From Podarcis melisellensis (lineage: Eukaryota), in assembly GCA_964234715.1 (NCBI GenBank), contig OZ174287.1: a stretch of DNA of 60,328 nucleotides, one strand, 5' to 3'. How positions within the stretch are numbered: position 1 is the stretch's first letter; each line of letters starts with the position of its first letter. Position numbers and translations under genes: made by a program. Shown here one piece after another: positions 1 through 10,515 of the stretch. The notes under the pieces are model-generated. The model had not been told where the DNA came from. It did not search any database and saw nothing but the letters and a program-made list of their open reading frames with translations.

Positions 1-1417
1 GATAGAATATCTCACAGTTGAGATTCTCCTGACAGTATCTAGCTATAAAAGTGTCTCTCTTCATTACAGACACACATACCAGAATTAAAACACAGTCAAT
101 TGTGATCAAAAGTTCTTTGATTTAGATGTAACAATCATACCTTACTCCCATAAAATCTTATTTTGCAAACGAAGTAACTGCTGTTTCGTGCGTCAGAGCG
201 GTGCACAATGATGCACCAAACAAAGATATTTTCATATATGTGATCTCATTCTCAATGCAACTGAATTTTGAAGGAATACATTTGGGAATTCTCTGCTAAC
301 TAATCCGTGGGGGTTAGAATGGCTAACAAAAAAAAATGCATTTAATCTTGGGTGATGCAAGAAATTACAATTACTTCCAAAAACCTCACATTTTTATAGG
401 GATTGAAAATACAGCTTTTTAACGCAATCTAAATTTCACCCATCTAATTTCCCGTGGGTAAAAGCGGCTGGACTCAAAACCTCTTTCAGGTTTTTTTCTA
501 CAACCAAGCAGTATATAAATTTTATGAAATAAATGAATGGACAGATAAAAAAGACTAGGTAATCATGTTTGATTAGAATAACATGAATGGAGTGGGTCAT
601 GCAGTGCATTGTGTGCATACCAATAGCTGCATCCAGAACACTATACAAGGACTTGAGTTATACACAGTCTTTCATTAGTCTAGATAATTATCTAAGGCAA
701 ATGAAGACCAGCTTTGAAGGGAGTGGAATTTGCGGTTCAGCATGGCTGTAGTTATTTGGGGTGGACTCCCAGCTCCAGCCTGGCTGTGGGAGGAGCACTG
801 GCTACTGGAGCTCACCCACAGTTGTAGCCACAAAATGACACTTGCTGAAACAAAGACAGTTTTCAGTGCCAAAAGCTCATCACTGAAGGAGGGTGTTGGG
901 GGCTGCAGTGGCACCTAACGTGTGTGGGAGATACTCTCCACCGCCTTCACCACAGAGGTGAATTTTAGTAAAATCTAAAACGTGGTCATACACACACTTT
1001 GTGTGTGTCAGAACTAGGTCTGTGAGTAAATGGATACATAAGATTTATTGAGAAACGATGTCAACTGGATGACAGCAATACACCAGAAAAACCATTGTTA
1101 CTGAGTGTACGTCACACTCAGCTGTTGAATAATCATGTAAGACACATGTAAAAAGCAGGTTCCTGTACAGCAAACAGTCTGCAAAAAGAAATAATCAAAG
1201 CACATGTAGATTTATAGTTAAAAGCAAGAATCCCTCCCAAATGATCACTGATATACAGACAGTCCAGGTTGCATTGGGTGGGGATCTGGTTGGCTTCCTG
1301 CAATAATGCAGCCACGAGCCGCATTTGAATCAAATATTTATATCCCCTTAATCAGCAGTTACGTCTTTGGTGTTTACTTTTCATCTTTTTTCTATGCTGC
1401 ATTCTTCAGATATTCAG

Positions 1418-2224
1418 CTAGCTGGGTTTTGTTTTATTATATGCTTTCTGCACTTCTTTATTTCTTAGGGTATATATTATGGGATTTAAAGCTGGAGTGA
1501 CAACTGTGTACATAAGAGCACTCATTTGGTCACTCCGTGAAGTGTAGCTAGTCTTGGGCATTAAGTAGGTGAAGAGGCCTGACCCAAAGAATAATGTCAC
1601 CACCGTGAGGTGTGAGGAGCAAGTGGAGAAGGTGTTCCGCCTTTGCTCAGCAGAAGGAAGCTTAAGGATGGTTGAAATTATACAGACGTAGGAGAAGATA
1701 ATAAGTAGGAATGGACTAATGATGAAAGAAATGGTCACTGCCATGATTGCAATCTCATTTTATAGGTATCTGTGCATGCCATTTTCACCACTGGTAGGAT
1801 ATCACAAAAGAAATGCTGGATGTGTTGAGAGCCACAGAAGGATAAGCTGAAGATCCATGCTGTCTGAGCAATTTGTACCAAGAAGCAAATAATCCAGGCT
1901 GCGGCTGCCAACTTTGTACAGACTTGGTGATTCATGATTAGTGTGTAATGCAATGGATGACATATTGAAACATATGGATCATATGCCATGGCTGCCTGGA
2001 GGCAGCATTCTGTCATCCCCAGGAAGGTAAAGGCATACATCTGAGCTGCACATCTAGCTTTTGAAATGCTTTTATGCTTTGTTTACAGATGTGCCAACAT
2101 ATGGGGCACCACAATGGTGGTGTAACCAATTTCTAACCAAGAATGGTTTACCAGAAAGAAGTACATGGGAGTTTGAAGGGAATGGTTGAGTTTCAGAATC
2201 AGAATTATGAGCATGTTCCCAACT
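1418..2224 (-). pseudogene. Olfactory receptor pseudogene (OR10A-like, copy of the 14301-15257 gene); 5'-truncated in TM1 and frameshifted
   Basis: Two overlapping ORFs (1735-2040 and 1418-1744) carry MAYDPY (DRY broken), HFFCDILP, FSTCSSHL and PALNPIIYTLRNKEV. There is a 1-nt deletion near 1755-1762 relative to the intact paralog and a C-terminal deletion. Homology stops at ~2224 inside TM1, with no start codon. Confidence 0.92.
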
Positions 2225-2299
2225 CTGTTGCTAAATGTTCTGTTGGTAGGATCATGTGCAGAGAAGATTTTTATAACTGATTCTCAAATGCCCCATTCA

Positions 2300-2608
2300 C
2301 GTATTCTTTTCCTTGGGGTATATGTGATGGGGTTTAAAGCAGGAATCACTACAGGGTTCATAAAATAAATAATATTGTCACTCACCAGAGTGTAGCTGGA
2401 CAGGGGCCTAATGGAGGCAAATAAGGCTTTCCCATAGAATAATTTCACTACCATGAAGTGTGAGGATCAGAATGAAATTTAAGGGAAGCCTAGATCATAT
2501 GGATGTAGGAGACAATGATCAGCAAGAATGGACAGCAACTTCATATTTGGAGGTGTCTATGCATAACATTTTTACTAGTGGAGGGATATCACAGAATAAG
2601 TGCTGCCC
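2300..2608 (-). pseudogene. Old degraded OR remnant (ECL2 to TM7, with internal deletions)
   Basis: The reverse strand reads QHLFCDIPPLVKMLCIDTSKYEVAV / PFLLIIVSYIHMI* / SHFMVVKLFYGKALFASIRPLSSY...VIPALNPITYTPRK. Confidence 0.8.
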
Positions 2609-2939
2609 AAAATTAGTTCCTGGCATTGGGTTGGTCAACAGTAGTACCTCTTGAGTTGTGTGAAAACCACTCTGAAGGAGTATTTACAGACAGAGAAGGC
2701 AGTCTCTGAGCTGGAGTTAGATTGAAAGATAAAGGTTATTGACTTTAAAGTATACAGAAACGCCAGAACTGGAAAGCTGAATTTTAGTATAGGAGTAGTG
2801 GAGTTGTGAGGGAATGCTCTGCTTAAACCTCAGTCAAGTAGGAAGAGGATGTATCTTCTAGTGAGAGAAGAATAATCCCATAATAGTTAGAAGTGGAATG
2901 AGTGCTGATTCCCTGGTCTGATATTCTACGTCAACTAGT

Positions 2940-3085
2940 TAAAAGGTAAAGGACCCCTGGATAGTTAAATCCAGTCAAAGGTGACTATGGGCTGCACACC
3001 CTGTTATGCAGGTTTAAACCTCACACCTTCTGACTGACAAGCTCAGGAGGCTCTGTGGTTTATACCACAGCACTACCCACGTGCC
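2940..3085 (-). mobile_element. Sauria SINE with internal deletion (paralog of 7424-7800)
   Basis: It begins with aaaggtaaagg (reverse of the ACCTTT tail) and ends with the tRNA-like head. About 230 bp present in the paralogous copy are missing. Confidence 0.75.
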
Positions 3086-3747
3086 TAGCCACTAAGACTT
3101 CTAGAGATTTCTAAAGATTGGGAAGGATAACTGGCAGATTATCCTTCCCAACTCTTTCAGAACTCACCTGACAGAAAGTACCAACCTGTTTCAGAATCCC
3201 CAGTTATTGAAACCTAAACTGTACAATGTCTGTGATAAGTTTAAGTACCTGAATAAAATCAAAGCTGTACACTAACCAACTTATTGAAAAGCCTGAGACA
3301 TCTGATGAGTTCAGTGTGTGTATAGTTTGCTGTTTCTTTGAAGATTTCCAACTCCCATATTATTTCTGTTTATTATTCTTGTTGTGAATTAAATCCTTTT
3401 CCTGTTCAAATTCCACACTGCAAGTCTCCGAGTATGAGTTTTTTTAAATAGGAAAAATACAGTATACAAGCAGAGTAAACCAATCATGCTGTAGAGGTTC
3501 CTGTATAGCAAACAGTATAAGAAATCTAATCATCAAAGAAGCTACAGATTTATGGTTAAACCAAAGAATCACTCCAAAATTATTGCTGAGGTACAGGCAA
3601 TATAGGTTGCTAGGTTGGAATCGGGTTCATTTCTGTAATAACTGTTATAAATTAGACCTTAACAATATACTTACAGCCATATAATCAAAAATGATATGTC
3701 CTGTTTTTATTTATTTTTCTTGTTGCCATACTCCATGCTTCTGATTT

Positions 3748-4704
3748 TCAACTTGTTGGGTTCTGTACAGAGAATAACCGTGAAACCGTCTTCTTAAATG
3801 CTCCCTTCACTTCTTTATTTCTTAGGGTATATATTATGGGGTTCAAAAATGGACTGACAACTGTGTACATAAGAGAAATTATTTGGTCACTCTGCGGAGT
3901 GTAGCTGGACTTCGGCATTAAGTAGGTGAAGAGGCCTGACCCATAGAATAATGTTACCACCATGAGGTGTGAGGAGCAAGTGGAGAAGGCTTTTCTCCTT
4001 CTCTTAGCAGAAGGAAGTTTGAGGATGGTTGAAATTATACAGATGTAGGAGAGGATGATCAGCAGGAAAGGACTCATGATGAAAATAATAGACACTGCCA
4101 TGACAAGAATCTCATTTTTGGAGGTGTCTGTGCATGCCATTTTCATCACTGGTAGGATATCACAAAAGAAGTGCTGGATGTGTTTAGAACCACAGAAGGG
4201 TAAGCTGAATATCCATGCTGTCTGAGCAACTTGTACCAAGAAGCAAATAATCCACGCTGCGGCTGCCAGCTGTGTACAGACTTGGTGATTCATGATTTCT
4301 GTGTAGTGCAATGGGTGGCATATGGCAACATAGCGATCATAGGCCATAGCTGCCAATAGGCAACATTCTGTCAGCCCCAGCATGGCGAAGGCATACATCT
4401 GGGCTGCACATCTTGCTAGGGATATGCTTTTATGCTCTGTTAACAAATGTACCAGCATCTGCGGCACCACACTAGTGGTGTAACACATTTCTAAGAATGA
4501 TAGGTTTACCAAAAAGAAGTACATGGGAGTCTGAAGTGAAGCGTTGAGTTTTATGAGCAGAATAATGAGCATGTTTCCCAGCAAGGTGATTATGTATGTC
4601 ACCAGAAAAACAAAAAACAGCAAGATTTGCAGTTCAGCAAGATATGAAAACCCCTCCAGAATGAACTCATTCAGATTGGTCTCGTTCTCACCTAGTTGTT
4701 CCAT
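3748..4704 (-). CDS. Olfactory receptor, class II, OR10A-like (318 aa), type A copy 1
   Basis: Intact ORF with N-glycosylation site NET, GN (TM1), PMYFFL, MAYDRYVAICHPLHY, HFFCD, KAFSTCSSHL and PFLNPIIYTLRNKEVK. QTAWIFSLPFCG resembles family 10A. Confidence 0.97.
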   Translation of the reverse strand: MEQLGENETNLNEFILEGFSYLAELQILLFFVFLVTYIITLLGNMLIILLIKLNASLQTPMYFFLVNLSFLEMCYTTSVVPQMLVHLLTEHKSISLARCAAQMYAFAMLGLTECCLLAAMAYDRYVAICHPLHYTEIMNHQVCTQLAAAAWIICFLVQVAQTAWIFSLPFCGSKHIQHFFCDILPVMKMACTDTSKNEILVMAVSIIFIMSPFLLIILSYICIISTILKLPSAKRRRKAFSTCSSHLMVVTLFYGSGLFTYLMPKSSYTPQSDQIISLMYTVVSPFLNPIIYTLRNKEVKGAFKKTVSRLFSVQNPTS

Positions 4705-5143
4705 AGAATGCTTAACCTGTATGGAAAAGGAAAAGACATATACAAATAATGTATTAAATCAGGTAATTATAGTAGAGCTAGCTGGAGCATACAAAAGGCC
4801 CATCTAGTGCATAATCCTAATTTCACTGTGGCAAAACAGAAGCCTACGGGAAGCCTTCAAACAGGACAATAATGCAATAGCTCTCTTCCCAATAGGATTA
4901 CTATCTATGACAATGGAAGTAAGATAAAGGGGGGAAGGGGGGCATGTGATCATAAAAGGAAGTCCCATTGCTTGAATGCCATGAGCACTGTAACTTTTCT
5001 TCACTGTGATCTGTGGCTTTGTAGGTAGAGTAAGGTAAAACACTGGAAAACACACACTAGTTTTATTTGAATCGTTTATATTCCTTTATTTCTTCATTTC
5101 TTTCATGGCTTGAATTTTCTTGGTTGTAAAATAAATATGAAGC

Positions 5144-5165
5144 TAGATAGATGATAGAGATAAAT

Positions 5166-5212
<47 letters not shown>

Positions 5213-5228
5213 GATAGATAGATGATAG
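5144..5228 (+). repeat. (GATA)n microsatellite
   Basis: Directly visible tandem GATA/GAT units. Confidence 0.95.
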
Positions 5229-5348
5229 AATATCTCACAGTTGAGATTCTCCTAACAGTATCTAGCTATAAAAGCATTACAGACAAACATATCAGAATTA
5301 AAACACAGTCAATTGTGATCAAAAGTTCTTTGACTTAGATGTAACAAT

Positions 5349-5494
5349 CAGTGGCGTAGCGTGGGTTGTCGGCACCCGGGGCAAGGCAAGTAATTTGCGC
5401 CCCCTAACCCGTGGATTTGTGCCCCCTAACCCTAACCCCCAGATGTTGCGCCCGGTGTGGCCGGCCCCTTTGCACCCCCCACGCTACGCCACTG
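5349..5494 (+). mobile_element. Non-autonomous hAT-type MITE (146 bp) containing CCCTAA repeats
   Basis: TIRs cagtggcgtagcgtggg / cccacgctacgccactg and an 8-bp TSD gtaacaat (5341-5348, 5495-5502). The paralogous sites at ~128 and ~13021 are empty. A second copy lies at 24048-24194. Confidence 0.92.
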
Positions 5495-5719
5495 GTAACA
5501 ATCATACCTAACTCCCAAAAAATCTTACTTTGCAAAAGAAGTAACTGCTGTTTCGTGCGTCAGAGCAGTGCACAATGATGCATCAAACAAAGATATTTTC
5601 ATATATGAGATCTCATTCTTGATGCAACTGAATTTCGAATGAATACGTTTGGGAATTTTCTGCTAACTAATCCATGGGGGTAAGAATGGCTAACAAAAAA
5701 TACATGCATTTAATTTATC

Positions 5720-5810
5720 AAAGAAAGATAGGTTTCCCAAGAAGAAGTACATGGGAGTTTGAAGGGAATGGTTGAGTTTCACAATCAGAATTATGAGCAT
5801 GTTCCTAACT
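5720..5810 (-). pseudogene. Short TM1-TM2 fragment of the type B OR
   Basis: The reverse strand reads GNMLIILIVKLNHSLQTPMYFFLGNLSF. It ends at the same junction as 2224, and the rest of the gene is deleted. Confidence 0.8.
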
Positions 5811-5889
5811 CTGTTGCCAAATGTTCAGTTGGTTGAATCATGTGCAGAGAAAATTTTTATAACTGATTCTCAAATGCTCTATTCACTTC

Positions 5890-7082
5890 TTTTTCTTAGG
5901 GTATATGTTATGGCGTTTAAATAAGGAATCATTACAGTGTTCATAAAATGAATAATTTTGTCACTCACCAGAGTGTAACTGGATTGGGGCCTAATGGAGG
6001 CAAATAAGGCTGTCCCATAGAACAATTTCACTACCATGAAGTGTGAGGATCAGAATGAAATTTAAGGGTAGCCCAGATCACACTGACCAGATGCTTGGAA
6101 GCTGTAGCTGGATGGTTTAGTGGGAGCCGATTGAAACTAAATCCTTTGAAGACAGAGGTCCTATGCCTGGGTCGGGATGGCATGGGGATGAGGGACCAAC
6201 TCCCTTCTCTTGCGGGGGCCCAATTAGTGCCATTACCTTCTGTTAAGAGTTTGGTTGTAATCCTTGACACCTCCCTTTCCATGGAGGTGCAGGTTACAGC
6301 AACAGCCAAGGCGACATGTTTCCACCTTCGCCGCATCAAGCAGTTGGTCCCTTACCTTTCCCGCCCCGACCTGGCTACAGTGATCCATGCGACGGTCATC
6401 TCCAGGCTTGACTACTGTAATTCACTCTACGCTGGACTGCACTTGAAGCTGTCCCAGAAACTCCAGCGGGTGCAGAATGCTGCAGAGAGGCTCCTCACAG
6501 GGTCTCTACCATGGGAGCATATTCACCCAGTGCTTTTCCAGCTGCACTGGCTCCCGGTGGAGTACAGGGTCAGATTTAAGGTGCTGGTTTGGTTTTGACC
6601 TTTAAAGCCCTTCACGGCCTAGGACCCTCATACCTACGCGGCCGCCTCTCTCAGTATGCCCTACAGAGAGCCTCAAGCTCCATAAATAGCAACACCCTAG
6701 TGATCCCGGGCCCGAAGGAAGTTAGATTAGCTTCAACCAGAGCCAGGGCCTTTTCAACTCTGGCTCCAGCCTGGTGGAACGCTCTGCCTCATGAGACCAG
6801 GGCCCTGCAGGATCTGATTTCTTTCCGCAGGGCCTGTAAGACAGAGTTGTTCCACCTGGCCTTTGGCTTGGAGCCAATTTGATTCCCTTCCCCTCTTTCT
6901 TTTTTCTTTTCCTTTCTCCTCCTGTGATGAGGCTACATTTTAATATTTTAATGTTTCAGTATTTTAATGTTGTATTTTAATTTTGTTTTTAAGTTGTATT
7001 CATTCAACTTGTTTTTATTATTGCTTGTTAGCAACTTCATATTTGGAGGTGTCTATGCATACCATTTTTACTAGTGGAGGGA
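5890..7082 (-). pseudogene. Second copy of the old OR remnant, interrupted by an L2 insertion
   Basis: 5890-6080 aligns to 2305-2497, and 7030-7082 aligns to 2534-2586. Confidence 0.75.
6081..7029 (+). mobile_element. L2-clade LINE, 5'-truncated (RT C-terminal region plus 3' UTR), frameshifted
   Basis: ORFs 6095-6598 and 6589-6882 carry LKLNPLKTEVL, ISRLDYCNSLY, LHWLPV, RFKVL and RAFS..AP..WNALP, typical of L2 ORF2. The element is absent from the paralogous site at ~2497, with ~36 bp of target sequence lost and no TSD. Confidence 0.9.
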
Positions 7083-7253
7083 CAGTGTACCTCTTGAGTT
7101 GTTTGAAAACTACTCTGAAGGAATATTTACAGCCAGAGAAGGCAGTCTCTGATCTGGGAGCTAGATTGAAAGAAAAAGGTTATTGTCTTTAAGAGTATAC
7201 AGAAACACGAGAACTGGAAAGCTGAATTTTAGTGTAGGAGTAGTGGAGTTGTG

Positions 7254-7278
7254 TGGGCAGGGGTACCTTTACCTTTAC
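7254..7278 (+). mobile_element. 25-bp ultra-truncated Sauria SINE 3' end
   Basis: tgggcaggggtacctttacctttac matches the 3' end of the SINE at 29396-29768. It is flanked by a 13-bp TSD tagtggagttgtg (7241-7253, 7279-7291), and the paralogous site at ~2796 is empty. Confidence 0.85.
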
Positions 7279-7423
7279 TAGTGGAGTTGTGAGGGAATGC
7301 TCTACTTAAACCTCAGTCCAGTAGGAAGAGGGTGGATCTTCTAGTGAGAGAAGAATAATCCTAAACTAGTTAGAACATTAATGAGTGTTGATTCCCTGGT
7401 CTGATATTCTATGTCAACTAGTT

Positions 7424-7800
7424 AAAAGGTAAAGGACCCCTGGATAGTTAAGTCCAGTCAAAGGTGACTATGGGGCACATGCTCACCTCACTTTTCAGGC
7501 CGAGGGTGTCATCGTTTATCCACAAACAACATTATAGGTCATGTGGCCAGCATGACTAAACCGCTTCTGCTGCAACAGGACACTGCCATGAGTGCCAGAG
7601 CACATGGAAACACAATTTACCTTCCTGCTGCAGCGGTACAAATTTATCTACTTGCACTGGTGTGCTCTCACACTGCTAGGTAGCAGAAGCTGGGACAGAG
7701 CAACAGGAGCTTACCCTGTTATGCAGGTTTAAACCACAGACCCTCCAATTGACAAGCTCAGGTGGCTCAGTGGTTTAGACCACAGCACCACCCATGTGCC
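7424..7800 (-). mobile_element. Sauria SINE, near full length, diverged
   Basis: It shows reverse-complement similarity to 29396-29768 across the tRNA-like head, central region and ACCTTT tail. Confidence 0.85.
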
Positions 7801-8029
7801 TAGCCACTAAGACTTCTAGAGATTTCTAAAGTTTGGGAAGAATAATTGGCAGAACTCACCTGACAGAAAGGACCAACCTGTTTCAGAATCCCCAGTTATT
7901 GAAACCTAAAGTGTACCATGTCTGTGATAAGTTTAAGTACCTGAATAAAATCAAAGCTGTACACTAACCAACTTATTGAAAAGCCTGTGACATCTGATGA
8001 GTTCAGTGTGTGTATAGTTTGCTGTTTCT

Positions 8030-8876
8030 GGTCATGACATTATGTTTGCTGACTGGGAACAGTTATGGACCACTGGTGTTAAGTTTACGGCATGCAGTGC
8101 CTTAAAAGAGAACATAATGAAAATGATTTACAGGTGGTACATGACCCCAGTCAAGCTTGCAAAAATTTACCATTTGCCCAATAATAAATGTTGGAAATGC
8201 AATGAGACTGAAGGTACCTTCTATCACCTTTGGTGGACCTGCCCAAAGATTAAAGCCTTTTGGGAAATGATCTATAATGAAATTAAGAAAGTCCTTAAGT
8301 GGACTTTTCCTAAGAAACCTGAGGCTTTTCTCCTGGGCATGGTTGGCCAATTGGTGCCAAAGAAGGATAGGACATTTTTTATGTATGCTACCACAGCAGC
8401 AAGAATTCTTTTGGCAAAGTATTGGAAGATGCAAGAACTACCTACTCTGGAAGAATGGCAGACAAAGGTGACAGACTTCATGGGATTGGCAGAGATGACC
8501 AGCAGAATCCATGACCAGGGGAAAGAGACAGTGGAAGAGGATTGGAAGAAATTTAAAACATATCTTAAAAATTGTTGTAAAATTGAGGAGTGTTAAGATG
8601 TCAAGGGGTAAGAAGTAGAGAATAACAGCTGTAACTAATAAGTTTAAGGAAACTTAATGAAAGGGAACTAGTAGATAAACTGACTAATGGGTTGCTAAAG
8701 AACTGCAAAACAAGGATGCAGTGAAAGGGAGGTAATGTATGGGGAAGTTGGAGGAAAGAAGGTGTATGAAAATAACATTATGATTTAAATGTTTTGTATG
8801 TTTTTGTTTTGTGTTTTGTTTGTGTGTTTTTTATTATGTGTTTAAAAAATAAAAAAAAAATATTTTTTTTAAAAAA
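8030..8876 (+). mobile_element. L1-clade LINE 3' fragment (ORF2 C-terminal CCHC region, 3' UTR, A-rich tail)
   Basis: ORF 8042-8596 carries KCWKC...HLWWTC and AARILLAKYWK...LEEW. It has an A-rich end and a 17-bp TSD tatagtttgctgtttct (8013-8029, 8877-8893). The paralogous site at 3321 is empty. Confidence 0.92.
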
Positions 8877-9298
8877 TATAGTTTGCTGTTTCTTGGAAGA
8901 TTTCCAACCCCCATATTATTTCTGTTTATTATTCTTGTTGTGAATTAAATCCCTTTTCTGTTTAAATTCCATACAGTAAGTCTCCAAGTATGAGTTTCTT
9001 TAAAGAGGAAAAATACAGTATACAAGTAAACCAATCATGCTGTAGAGGTTCCTGTATAGCAAACAGTATAAGAAATCTAATCATCAAAGAAGCTACAGAT
9101 TTATGGTTAAACCAAAGAATCACTCCAAAATTATCGCTGAGGTACAGGCAATATAGGTTGCTGGGTTGGAATCAGGTTCATTTCTATAATAACTGTTATA
9201 AATTAGACCATAACAATATACTTACAGCCATTTAATCAAAAATGATATGTCCTGTTTTTATTTATTTTTCTTGTTGCCATACTCCATGCTTCTGATTT

Positions 9299-10255
9299 TC
9301 AACTTGTTGGGTTCTGTACAGAGAATAACCGTGAAACTGTCTTCTTAAATGCTCCCTTCACTTCTTTATTTCTTAGGGTATATATTATGGGGTTCAAAAA
9401 TGGACTGACAACTGTGTACATAAGAGAAATTATTTGGTCGCTCCGCGGAGTGTAGCTGGACTTGGGAATTAAGTAGGTGAAGAGGGTTGTCCCAAAAAAT
9501 AGTGTCACCACCATGAGGTGTGAGGAGCAAGTGGAGAAGGCTTTTCTCCTTCCCTTAGCAGAAGGAAGTTTGAGGATGGTTGAAATTATACGGATGTAGG
9601 AGAGGATGATCAGCAGGAAAGGACTCATGATGAAAATAATAGACACTGCCATGACAAGAATCTCATTTTTGTAGGTATCTGTGCATGCCATTTTCATCAC
9701 TGGTAGGAAATCACAAAAGAAGTGCTGGATGTGTTTAGAACCACAGAAGGGTAAGCTGAAGATCCATGCTGTTTGAGCAACTTGTACCAATAAGCAAATA
9801 ATCCACGCTGCAGCTGCCAGCTGTGTACAGACTTGGTGATTCATGATTTCTGTGTAGTGCAATGGATGGCATATGGCAACATAGCGGTCATATGCCATAG
9901 CTGCCAAGAGGCAACATTCTGTCAGCCCCAGCATGGCGAAGGCATACATCTGGGCTGCACATCTTGCTAGGGATATCCTTTTATGCTCTGTTAACAAATG
10001 TACCAGCATCTGCGGCACCACACTAGTGGTGTAACACATTTCTAAGAATGACAGGTTCACTAAGAAGAAGTACATGGGAGTCTGAAGAGAAGGGTTGAGT
10101 TTTATGAGCAGAATAATGAGCATGTTTCCCAGCAAGGTGATTATGTATGTCACCAGAAAAACAAAAAACAGCAAGATTTGCAGTTCAGCAAGATATGAAA
10201 ACCCCTCCAGAATGAACTCATTCAGATTGGTCTCGTTCTCACCTAGTTGTTCCAT
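9299..10255 (-). CDS. Olfactory receptor, class II, OR10A-like (318 aa), type A copy 2
   Basis: Near-identical to 3748-4704. The true start is MEQLG at 10255; the ORF-track extension to 10390 runs through a splice acceptor and a Penelope-like insertion. Confidence 0.96.
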   Translation of the reverse strand: MEQLGENETNLNEFILEGFSYLAELQILLFFVFLVTYIITLLGNMLIILLIKLNPSLQTPMYFFLVNLSFLEMCYTTSVVPQMLVHLLTEHKRISLARCAAQMYAFAMLGLTECCLLAAMAYDRYVAICHPLHYTEIMNHQVCTQLAAAAWIICLLVQVAQTAWIFSLPFCGSKHIQHFFCDFLPVMKMACTDTYKNEILVMAVSIIFIMSPFLLIILSYIRIISTILKLPSAKGRRKAFSTCSSHLMVVTLFFGTTLFTYLIPKSSYTPRSDQIISLMYTVVSPFLNPIIYTLRNKEVKGAFKKTVSRLFSVQNPTS

Positions 10256-10315
10256 AGAATGCTTAACCTGTATGGAAAAGGAAAAGATATATACAAATAA
10301 TGTATTAAATCTGGT

Positions 10316-10515
10316 TACAGATAGGTAGCCGTGTTGGTCTGCCATAGTCAAAACAAAAAAAATTCCTTCCAGTAGCACCTTAAAGACCAACTAAGTTAGT
10401 TCTTGGTATGAGCTTTCATGTGCATGTGTATCTGAAGAAGTGTGCATGCACACGAAAGCTCATACCAAGAACTAGCTTAGTTGGGCTTTAAGGTGCTACT
10501 GGAAGGAATTTTTTT
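10316..10515. mobile_element. Penelope-like element fragment, inverted (palindromic) arrangement
   Basis: Inverted arms surround ~10426, with a 15-bp TSD tgtattaaatctggt (10301-10315, 10516-10530). The paralogous site at ~4750 is empty. Same family as 48837-49057. Confidence 0.85.
10428..10465 (+). ncRNA. Minimal type I hammerhead ribozyme motif (Penelope-type)
   Basis: GUAU-CUGAAGA-A-GUGUG(CAUG)CACAC-GAAA-GC-UC^AUAC contains the CUGANGA core, stem II, GAAA, a palindromic AGCU in place of stem III, and stem I GUAU/AUAC. Confidence 0.75.

Noticed and set aside
675-918. Duplicated small ORFs (also 13468-13800) as a possible micro-protein gene
   Set aside because: The similarity is explained by the segmental duplication. 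The frames differ in start and length between copies and carry no recognisable domain.
10256-10390. 45-aa N-terminal extension of the OR at 9299
   Set aside because: It starts at a TTG inside the Penelope-like insertion and crosses a splice acceptor. The paralog starts at MEQLG.
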